A stretch of DNA of 64,000 bases from Sminthopsis crassicaudata (taxonomy: Eukaryota): positions 59,864,478 to 59,928,477 of the forward strand of contig NC_133618.1 of the NCBI RefSeq assembly GCF_048593235.1, given 5' to 3'. This document shows positions 45,424 through 55,898 of the stretch, in pieces. Each line of letters begins with the position of its first letter. Positions within the stretch are counted from its first letter, which is position 1. A program made the translations under genes and the position numbers. A model generated the notes under the pieces. That model made no database searches, was not told the origin of the DNA, and saw only the letters and a program-made list of their open reading frames with translations.

Positions 45424-48400
45424 TCAGAGGTTGAGGACTGGCACATCAAAGAGGTCACAGACGCCTTCGCTTTCATCCAGGTTGTAGATGTAGTCGTGAT
45501 CTCCAGGGGGAGGAGAGAGGCGGAGCAGAGGGGCAAACACTGCAGGAGAGAAAGCAGCTCAGGCTCAGCCTGGGCCCGGGGTCTGGCTGCCCGCTCCCTA
45601 GGCTGGCAGGCATTGGGGGGACTGGCCAGAGCCCTGCCCCACCCCCACTAGGCTACCCACCTTCTGAGGACATCAACTCCTCCAGCAGCCCGGAATTCAT
45701 GCACTCTGGAAGGGGAAAAGGCTTTTGGTACACACTCCTGCTCCCACTTCGGAAATCCTATTGAGAGCAGCAGGAACCAGGGCCACAGGGGAGCAGGGAG
45801 AGGGGTGGCCGGGATAAGGGAAGCTCTGGAAATGTGGGCAATGTTGGAGATGGGAGTCCCTGTCCCCTGTACCTCTGACCCACAGACTTTACCCCTAAAA
45901 CCTCCCTTTGGTCAGCCAGCTGACTGAAAAGGCCATTAGGCTTAGACAAGCCCAATAAGCCGAAAGGAGTGGAATCTGGGCCCAGAACTGGAGAGCAAAG
46001 AGGCATATCTGAGAAGACTTCCTAGCCTGGGTGGGCAACTGTCTCCTTGGTCCTACTGAAATGCTCCCCCCACTAGAGATGCAAGACTGCCCCCATTGGG
46101 CCAAAGAATCACAGCCTTAGCACTCACAGGGACCTTCACTCCCTCAGTTCACAGATGAGGAAACAGTCCAAGAGAGATCCAGCAAGCTAGGCAAGTGTCT
46201 GAGGCAGGACTGAAACCCAGGCCCACCCAGGGTCCAAGTGCCACCCCACCCACTCTGCCCCAGCAGGACAGGAAGCATCCCAAGAGGAGGCAATAAGAGC
46301 GCCGGGAGAACAGTGCAGAGTCTGGCTGGGGCCCCTACCTCTCGTGGGATCGAACATTTCCGACAGCTCTTTGGGGAGTTCCAGTACTGAAATAAAAACC
46401 AGAGTCAGGACCTTCACACCCACATCCCACCAACCCCTCGCACTTTAATACCACAAGGGACCTGTAGGCCTGAGGCTGCTGTTCTATCTCACCTCTTCCC
46501 AGAACATCAGGAGGGCAGCTGCTGCCATCTTTCCTCCTTCCCCCAAGTCATGCTATTGCTGATTGTCTCAAAGCCACCAGCAAACAGCCCTCAAAGAGTC
46601 TACATAAATTCAAGGCTGACTCTAGTTCCAGTCCTGACCACTTCTTTCTCTAAGGAGTGTAGCTCACCTGAACAACTTGAAAACTAAGACCTGAGAGGAA
46701 AGAGGTGGGAGGGAAAAAGAAGCTTGTGCTCCCTCTATTCTCAATGGGCCCCTCCCTCCTCTTTCCCCCCACCCAGTGCAGATACACACAGACCCTTGTG
46801 TGAGCTTGTTCTCCTGCCCTGTTCCTCACAGTTCCCAAAGTCTAGATGTCTTCCGTGTCTATCCCCCTTCTGGGACATGCTTGGTTAGGATCTCACACAG
46901 CATTTTTGTCTTGCACCCCTCTAACAAGTTGCACTGTGTCACGGAGCTGGTGTTTCATTCCCACCCTAGACTATAAGATCCCTGCAGGCAGGGACTGAGT
47001 CTAAGAATAGCTTTATGGCGTTCTTCTGGTATTGAGCACAGGGTTCCCCATGTGGTAAGGTCTGAAGATTGGCTGTAAGCCTGGAGCCTAGTATGGTTCT
47101 GGGTGCACTGACTCAAGTCACCAAACCTGTTTCCTCATCTCTGCAAGGGGAAGGGAAGTCTATCTCCCCCACTGACGTTACTGGGATGCTGGAGAATTAG
47201 AGGAGGAAATTAATATGAAGGGTGCAAACTGTCACCGTGCAGAAGGCACTCTATCAGCACTGCGACTGACCCAGTCTGAGGCTCTGCTGCTGGGACCATG
47301 ACTATAAAAGAGCATCTTTCTAGGACCCCTGGAAAAGCCTCTTGTGTTGCCTCCTGGGCCATCAGGAAGAAGGGGTTTTGAGGAGCTTACGCCCCCTTCT
47401 CCCGCCTAAGCACCAAAGACAAAATTTACATAGGGACAAATAGTGACAGACATCAGGCAGAGGTCCTTGCTCTGGCTCTGCCATAATGCATGGTCATTCT
47501 ATGAGCTTCAGTTACCTCTTCTATCCAATGAAGGAGCTGGACTAGATCAGTCCAGATGGCTCTTTCTGCTCTGCTGTCTCTCACTAGGAGAGTGGAAGAA
47601 GCAGGAGACACAATGAGCCACTGCTCCTCCCCCTACCTGTCCAAGCAAATACTCACTGCCTGTAGGATCCGGCTTGATTGGCTCAAAAGAGGTAGAAGGG
47701 TTGGGCAAGATGGAGCTGCTGTCCAGTGAGGCCGAGGACTGGAGTGGCTGGGTGTCCAGAGCAGCAGTGGACACGGTGCCGAGAGTACTGAGGACACCGG
47801 CATCCTTGCTGTCGGTCCCAGGGCCGCTGCTGCTTCCTGCAACTATACCCCCATGTGCCACCCCACAGTTTAAGCCATAGGCTAATACATCTTCAAAGCA
47901 AGGAGTCCCCAAATTTCCTCCACCAGGCTGATTCAGCCACTACTTCCTTCCCACTATAAAGACCAAGGAAATACAACTGAGAATCTAGAAAGAAGCTAAG
48001 TCTCAGGGAGTTTGGGGTCAATGGTACGGATCAGAAAGAGGATGGCCCTGGAAGCTCTTCCATTATTGGTAAGTTTCCAGAACAAGAGAAGTACTAAAGT
48101 CTCTGAAAACAAAGGACTTTTTATTAACATGGACATTAATAGGATAAATTGCTGCATTGGGTTTCCAAAAATCAGCCATGGAAGTTAATGATGGGGAGGG
48201 CATGCTGAGAGGAGCCTAGAGGCAGTGAATCCCCAAGTCCTGATTTCAGGGCTGGACATGTTAGGAAGGATGGCCTTAGCTCAAGTCACAATTTGGCCAC
48301 AGGAGCACAGCCAGCTGAGGGACCTTGAAACGAGGCCACTGCTGGATAACTGGAGGAGCTAAGGATCTTTATCAAGTTTAGAAAAGAGAGGGCACAATTC

Positions 48401-51400
48401 CTGCCTTTGAATGTCTGCAGGACTATCTCAGAAGGGTTGGGCTTATTCAATGTGGTGATTCCATCATGAGGTGTAGAAGACTTACAAGGAAGACCTTCTA
48501 ACACTCAGGGATTGCTCAGAGTACAAATGGGCTGCTTCAGATGATCTCTGAACACAGGAAGTTTCTCCCAGCCTTAGGGGAGTTGGGGAACTTCTGCTCC
48601 TCTGATTAAGAGCCAGGACTCTGTGAATATGCTTTTCTTTTTTTTTTCTTTTTCTTTTTTTATATTTTGATAACATATAATTGGGGGGGAAATAAAATAT
48701 ATTTTGCTAACTGGATTTCAATCTAAGTGGTTTCCTTATTAATCACATATATTATTTTACATCCTAAAATCTTGATTCCAATACAAGGCTTATGGATCTC
48801 CCTAGACTACCTCCAAAGGAATCCAGGTCACACATAACATAGCTGAGACTCCCTGCTGTCCTGGAGAATTCTGCCTGAGGTGGGAGGCTAGACCCAAATT
48901 TTATCACCTGATGCAAACAGAGGCTCCAAGTCTCATCTGAGCTGACCTTCCATACTTCTGTCCTGTCTAAGCCAGCACAGGCTCCTTCCTCCCTCTAGAC
49001 TCTTACCTGGGCTGGCTGAAGGCTGCCCAATGGCACTCTGGTCCTGGGTGGTGGTCGGAGTAGAGGGACGGGGGCTGCTGGGGATTGAGGTCTCCTGGTG
49101 TTGAGAGGGTGCTGGTCTTGGTTGTGGAGGGGAAGGAATGGCTGCCTGGCACTGAAGGAGATCCTCAGGAGGAGGCACAGGGACCACTACAGGGGGAGAG
49201 CTCCACGCGTCCTTGTTCACCAGCAACACGTCGATGGGACCACTTGTACTCCTCAAGTGGATCTGATACTTCTTCTGCCCATTTAGGCCCTAGGGAGCCA
49301 AAGAACTTGGCTCAGAGCTGACAGCAAGGGCAACTGGAGAGAAGAGCCTGGCCAAGAGGAGAGCCTCTGCCTCATGTGTCAAAGCTCAGAAACCCCCTTT
49401 CAGCCAGCCTCCCTTCTGCCACCAGGATCTCTCCAGATGTCAGTTCTCTCTCCATGCCCTCCCCTGCTCCACCCACCCTATTCCCGACTTATCAGCCTTA
49501 GCAGCTGGTGCTCTCTGCACGCTGTGCCCGCCTCCCCTCTCCAAAATGCACCCACCTCAGGGACTGGCACTTCCAGGCTGGTACCTGACGGGGCCCGAAT
49601 AGCCAACAGAGTGTCCCCTGGAACACAGATAGCAAGTTGAAGTTGAAAACAGGACCTCTGGCTGCAAAGGCTGAGGGCAGACAAGGGTTTTAAAGCCACA
49701 GCAGGTAGATATGCTATGAGGGATTTTGTTTCACCTCAGCCCACCAAAATCAGTCTAGCTTCCTTTGTGGAAGGCTGGAATGTCTCAATCTCTTCAAGAA
49801 AAGAGTCCCAAGAATGATGAACAACACAAATCCTGAATCAAGGATGAAGATCTCCCCAGAAAGTTTCTGGTGTACTTCTGGTTCTGTTTTCCCCAAGCTC
49901 CTACCTGGGTATAAGCCTTCATTCTGTATTGCCTGGAACTTCAAACGCTGGTCCCCAGAATATGAGAAGAAAGGGCCTAACCCTGCCCAGAGACCCAACC
50001 AATCTGGATAAGCCAAAGCTAAATGATCCACATCACTCCCTAAGACAGCCAATACATCACCCCTAACAGAAGAAAACAAAGCCTTCACCCTCTGCCTCTC
50101 ATGGCCAGGAATCCTCATATACTGAGATTCAGACCACACCAAGTCAGAGAGCCAACTGCCTCCCCAAACTCATTCCAACTCTGCAGAGAAGGCCCTTCTG
50201 CACACAGATGACAAAGGGATAAAAATCACACCAAGAATAAATGATAGGGAAGCAGTGAGAAAGTCAGAAGACCTCCCAGCTCTGGCCTCTTTGCTGGGGA
50301 CTGCTTCCTTATCAAATACTTTAACATGCTACTCAGCAAGCAGGAGCGTCACAGATACAGCCATGGTCAAGGTCCAACTCCTAGGCCCCAAACCCCTGCA
50401 GGTCCAACAGCCCTGAGGTCAAGATTTTACTTTCTCTTTCCCATCTGCCTCAACATTCATCTACTTTGTCCTGATTAAGCTACAGTCATCCTCTATCACA
50501 AATGACATAGCATAATGAAAACAATAAATTGGAAGGTGAAGGGGCCCGGTTTTAAATCCTGTGCCTGCCCTGTCATTTAAGTTGACACATGACCTTAAAA
50601 CAAATCAGTTCCTCTGCTGCAGATACCAGGTCGGTGTTGCAGTTGAGTCAGACCTATGTTTCAAATCTGGCCTTGGACGCTCCTGGTTGTGTGACTCTAA
50701 GCAAGTCACTTAATGTCTGCCTCAGTTTCCTCCCAGGATTGTTGTAAGAGTAAAATATTTGTAAAGTCTTACATAAATATCCACCATCATGACTAACATT
50801 GGGCTTCATTTTATTCATCTATAAAATGAGGTAGGGTTAGATAACTTCCTCTTCAATTTCAGTGTTTAATGTCCCTTCTGCCTCTGTTCTACTGATGAAG
50901 GAAAACCACAGGTAGTATTTCCCCCCATAGAACCCGAGCTATAAATGCACTGACTAGCAACAACCTCCATCTGACAGACACTCCTCCTCAGTCACCCATT
51001 ACCCGGCAGGTGCTCACAGTGACCACCAGTTCTGTGGAGAACAATGACTTCTCTTAGGCGGGTCACGGTATCACCATGGAAGAATATTAAGGTCGCTTCA
51101 GCTTTCTCCAAGCTCCAGCCACCCACAACACCTACCCTGCTCACAGACATGTCACAGCTTTCATGGGCAACTGGTTGGAAGTCAGGGCATGGGGTGTCCA
51201 ATAAATGGGAATCCCCAGGAACTCAAGACCAACCTCCCAGTTCCTTTCCCTAAGCAGAACAAAGAGGAACTTACTTAGGCAAGAGTAGCAAGCCTCCACC
51301 CCTAGTCCTAGCCCTACCACCTCTGCCAGATCACCACATTCTGAACTGCAGACCACAAAGTTGCCACAGCTGCCAGATCAGTCCTCTGATCTGTCACCAC

Positions 51401-54029
51401 AGTAGTGACCCTTTCCCCTTGAAAACCTTCCACTTCTGCTTGGGTGAATGGAGGGGGGGAAGGGAATGTTGAAGAGGGAGCATTCAACCATCCAGGTTTG
51501 CTCACTCACCCGTAAAACATTTGCAGATATCCTCATGAGTCACATAAGCTAAAGTACCAGGAGTTAAGGAGAAGAGCCAAAAGTCTGCCGGGAGGGGTGG
51601 GGGGCCGCGCAGGTTAGACTACTAAGACAAATGAGGGAGAATGTCTGTACCTTCCTTCCAGCTCTGGAGCTCCACATGGTACAAAGGAGGGCAAATTCAG
51701 AAACCCTGCAACTACAGTCAAATCCACAGAAAGGGCAAATCCCCAAAGCAAAGACATCAGCTCCTTGCCTTTGCCTTCAATTCAAGCCAGACATGGGACA
51801 AGCACGAGAATAAATGCAGTGTCCAGACCAGGGTAGAGTCTCCAAGAAAGTACTGACAAGTTTAATCTGAGTGCACAGAGGGCTCAAGCAGGAGGGACAG
51901 TGACAAGCATCCATCCCAAAGGGGCTCGGGCCAGGGAGATGTGCTGTCAAATTAGCTTAGTGACAGGAACACAAAAGACTGAGGGAATGACAGGAAAGAG
52001 GTTGGTTCTGGGACCAATACGAAGAGCCAGCGTCACATTTGAACTGAGGGGTTCCCGAGTCATGGTGTCATAGAACGCACATGGCCCTGGAGTCAGGAGC
52101 CCTGGTTTTTAATCCCAGCTAAAGCTTTTAGTCACTTCCCCTCTCTGGAGCTATTTCTTGCTCAGTAAAATGGAGGTAATACTTATGCTACTTTCCTCAT
52201 TGAGTTGTTGTAGGGAAAATATTTTGTAAACCCCAAAGCCCTAGAAAACAGGAACCCTTAGTACTGGCACTGTTCTTTTAGTCTACTTTTTAAAAACTAT
52301 TCTGCAATTTTCTATCTTTGCTAACACCCAAAACTCTTCAGGGTGCGGCCTGACCGTATCTCTTCACTATCGAGACCAGCCCTTGCCTTGCCCAGCCTAA
52401 ATGGCTGATTTCCTAATCCCGGGGCCTGGCAGCTCAACCCCACTGACCTGGCAGGGAAGTCCACTTTGGACACTTAAAGCCGTTTACTTTACCCAAGGTG
52501 GCTCAACTCCCCAAGCTTCAAAATCAGAGGCAGATGGTTCTCACAGGCTGTTTTAAGAAAAGCGCTCTGGGGGCAGCTAGGTGGCGCAGTGGATAGAGCA
52601 CCAGCCCTGAATTCAGGAGGACCTGAGTTCAAATCTAATTTCATACACTTAACACTTCCTAGCTGTGTGACCCTGGGCAAGGCACTTAACCCCAGCCTCA
52701 GAAAGAAAAGAAAGGAAAAGAAAAGAATAGAAAAGAAAGAAAAGAAAAGCGCTGTGAATCCTGATCTAACCCAGGACGGTGAATGTGGAGAAAATCAGAC
52801 AGAAAGAGCAGAGGGAGAGGGAGGCCCTGGAAGGATATCAGTTGTTCTGCACGTCCTCAGTGACGTTCCGGATGCTCTGCTGGACCCACACCTTGTGCTG
52901 GTCCAGCTCCTGCTCCCGCTGCTGAAGCTCCTCGATTTCAGCCTTCAGTTCGATGAGCTTGTCTGCTATTTCCCTAGTGTTACAGCCAGGTCCCACACCC
53001 CTACATCCAATCCCCGGGTGGGGAGAGAGGCGTGAGACCGGGCCTACCTCCCAAGCGCCTCTGCCCCAGGGCCGGCAACCCCCAGCCCCGCCCTCCCCCT
53101 CCCACCTGCCTCGCTCCCAGAGCTCTTCCCCAGACTCACTTCCACTGGATACTGTTCTTGGACTTCTTTTCAATCAGCCCGATCCCTTCCAGGACGTTCG
53201 TGATGTCATAGATTCTCCGCTTCTGCCGCACAGCCAAGGTGTCTGCTGCCTATTGGAAGGAAAGAGGAGATGCGGCCCAGAGCCCCTCAGAGCGTCTTCT
53301 TAGGAGGGTCATGGCCTCCAAGCCACTCCTGGAGGCCCCCTGCACCTGTGCTCCACAGGTGGCAAACACTCCTGCCCCGGGCTCCAAAACTGCTTCATGC
53401 CAGCCGGCTTCTCTTCTGGAGACCCTCCTTCACCTGCTTTCCCCCTTCCTGGAGCTGCTCCTCTCTCCAGGCGGTCACTGGTCCCAGCCCCGTCCGCTCC
53501 CCTCCGTGCCTCCCTCCCCCCTCTCCCCGACTGCGGCCCAGTGTCCGCTTCCAGGAGCGGAAGCACTTCTCTCCTAACAAGTGTCCATTAAGCTCCGACT
53601 ATGTGTCGGGCGCTGTGCTAGGCTGGGGACACCCCCCCCATAAAAGAAGCAAAAGCACGCCCTGCCCTCAAAGAGCTCCGAAATAACGGGGCCCACATGC
53701 CAACGCCTGGGGACCAAGCTCTGTGAGCCCGGGGCGCTCGCCGCACAGCGTGAAAGGACTAAGAGGTGGGGGCGGGCAGGAGCGCTCGCTTCCACTGACG
53801 CCCCCTCGGCATCTCCCCCGGCCGCTTCCCGGGATGCGCTCCGGCCCTCGCTGCTCCCCGGGTCCCCACTTCGGAGCCGGGTTCGCACCAGTTTCAGGTC
53901 GAGGACTCCGTCCTTGGCCTCCTGCAGCAGCGACACAAATTTGGTCGTGAGCAGCCCCAGGCTCTTCTCGTGCCGACTCGGAGTCCCGGGAGGCGGCGGC
54001 GGCGGCGCCTGCGGCCCGGACTCCGCCAT
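45424..54029 (-). CDS. E2F4: Transcription factor E2F4, complete (398-414 aa depending on the exon-7 acceptor)
   Basis: Ten exons in transcript order: 54029-53889 (MAESGPQAP…[18 protein letters not shown]), 53249-53140 ([20 protein letters not shown]), 53000-52839, U12 intron, 51553-51510 ([10 protein letters not shown]), 49617-49556 ([17 protein letters not shown]), 49289-49007, (47890/47881/47842/47836)-47657, 46386-46339, 45705-45661, 45539-45424 ([28 protein letters not shown]). Confidence 0.97.
52070..52235 (+). mobile_element. MIR-like SINE remnant inside the E2F4 U12 intron
   Basis: ggccctggagtcaggagccctggttttaatcccagct…gtaaaatggaggtaatacttatgcta…gttgttgtaggg…tttgtaaac. Confidence 0.55.
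52570..52741 (+). mobile_element. Young WSINE1-like SINE with target-site duplication
   Basis: A box TGGCGCAGTGG (52582-52592), B box GAGTTCAAATC (52625-52635), (A4G)-like tail. Direct repeat aagaaaagcgct at 52555-52566 and 52742-52753 (15 bp with one mismatch), preceded by tttt as in an L1 endonuclease site. Confidence 0.95.
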
Positions 54030-54400
54030 GGCAGCCTGCCTCCCTAAGCCCAGGCCAGGCCGGCGCCCGCCGCCTGCCGCCGCCACTTCCGCTTCCGCTC
54101 CTCAGTGCCCGGCCGGCAGCCGCCGCGACACTTCCGTTCTGCACTTCCGTTTGAGCGGAGCTCGAGGCCGCGCGTATGCGCATGCGCCCCTACCGACCAG
54201 CCTCCTAGAGTGCCTGGCGCCTTCAGGGACCTTATGCTATTCCCTTTCTCGTGGAGAGCCGCAGAATCCCAGGGATCATGGAGAAAAGCCCAGCGAAAAC
54301 AAACCAGGCTTGGCAACTCGTGAATTTGGCGAGAAGCGCTGGGGGGTCGGGGCACGTGACGCCCTCGCGGAGCCCGCCTGGTCTCGCACGCGCCGGGGAG
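54030..54400. promoter_or_regulatory. E2F4 promoter, head to head with EXOC3L1, in a CpG island (about 53.5-55.15 kb)
   Basis: ETS/GABP sites CACTTCCG at 54084-54091, 54129-54136 and 54142-54149, plus CTTCCG at 54092-54097. NRF1 palindrome TGCGCATGCGC at 54177-54187. Confidence 0.85.
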
Positions 54401-55898
54401 AAGAGCAGCTTATCTCTTTCCCTAGACAGTCGAATGCTGAGGCAGATAGGACGCAGGCTCTGGGACCTGCGAGGCCGCCAAGTGACGTTTATTAAGCACC
54501 TGCTCTGTCCCCGGCCCGTCGCGCTCAGGAAGGCCTGGGTTCAGATTCAGCTTCAGACTCCCCTGCCTCCGTTTCCGAAAGTGCAGAATGTATTATACCA
54601 GCCCCGCCTCCCGAGGCGGGGAGCAGCGGCTTCGTGTTTTAGCTCTTGTAAAGTTCCCGGATCTGTAGCTCGCGTGAGCCGCTTTCTCCCTAGTCCGGTC
54701 CTTTTCTGGGCCTTCTGTAAGGGCTGGAGCGGACTTCCCGTTGGAAGCGGGTGCCAGCCACGGCCCGCCCCCCGCACTGCGGGGCCCAGACCTCTCCCGC
54801 GCGCTCGGGCCTGCTGCTGGCGGGGGCTGCGCACGATGCCCCGCCCTCCCCCCCCCCCCCACGCTCGGATCTCTTGTTTGCGGGACGCCCCCCCATTAGA
54901 AAGAAAGCTCCCGGAGGTTTTCATCCCCGAGATGAGCTCCGAGCTGGCGCAGTCGTTAAGTGCTCAGCAATGGGGCAGACTGACCCATGCCCCCTGCGTG
55001 GGGACGTCCTCTCCTTTCCAGTCTCCTCCTCTGCCCAGGTGGAGGAGGAGGGGCCGGGGTCCCGGAGGAGGCCCCCTGAGTCTGAGGTGTCTGTGGGGCG
55101 GGATCCGGCCTATCCGAGCACACCTGCTGTGATGCCGGCCTCTGCTGGCTGGGGCTCTACCCTGCCCCCTCGTCCCGTCCCCCAGTGGCAGGGCAAGAGT
55201 CATTCCTAAGCCTCCCCCCCCCCCACGGTTAACAGCAGGCAGGAAGAGAAAGGAGGAGGGAGGGATGGAGACAAGTAATGTCGGCCCCCTCCTCTCCATT
55301 TCTCTTTTTACTCCCAGCTACTTCCTATAGCCCCAACTTCTATAAGCCCCAGGAAAAAGACAGAGTAAAGGAAGTGAGGTTGGCAGCTTGGGAAGGGGCG
55401 CCTAGGCCGTGGGTTGGGGGCCAGAAAGGCAGACTCTGAGGGCACAAGCTAAGTGGCTGACCGGGCACTTCCCTGGAGGGGCACAGGCAGCAGGCCGTGG
55501 CTGCAGAAGACACAAATGTTACACGAAAGCCTTACCTCCTGATGGGGGTGCCCAGGCTAAGGCTGGCACTCAGAGCTTTCCCCCACTGCCCTCGCCCATC
55601 TAGACATTATGGATCATCCACAGGGCATTTCCCAGCAGCTCCAGTGCCCACCCCTTCACCTTCAGTCCCTCCTCCACCCTCCCCCCCCCAACACACACTC
55701 CTCCCTCCATATCCTGAGTAGGCTGGGCAGGAACGGAGCTGCCCCAGAGGAGCCTGCCTGGAGAAGAATCCGCTTTGGCTTTTAAGCCGGGCTGAGCTTC
55801 CTCCGTATGCAAGCTGAAGCTATCTCCTCATCCCCTAAGATCTAGGCTCAGTTCCAATACCAGGCCTACCCCCCCCTTCCGTCACTGCTGCCTGAGCC

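Larger units (their letters stand above)
51554..52838 (-). other. U12-type (minor spliceosome) AT-AC intron of E2F4, 1285 nt
   Basis: Donor ATATCCTT (52838-52831), branch point TCCTTAAC (51570-51563), then tcctggtAC at the acceptor. Splicing TG|T restores the Cys codon and the frame. Confidence 0.95.

Noticed and set aside
47955-47980. Strong-looking acceptor tttccttggtctttatag upstream of E2F4 exon 7
   Set aside because: In the required phase it reads TG GGA AGG AAG TAG, a stop after three codons, so it cannot be the coding acceptor.
54251-55132. 293-aa plus-strand ORF between E2F4 and EXOC3L1
   Set aside because: It lies in the CpG island, has low-complexity composition and no homologous motif, and overlapping ORFs occur in several frames, as expected by chance at high GC.
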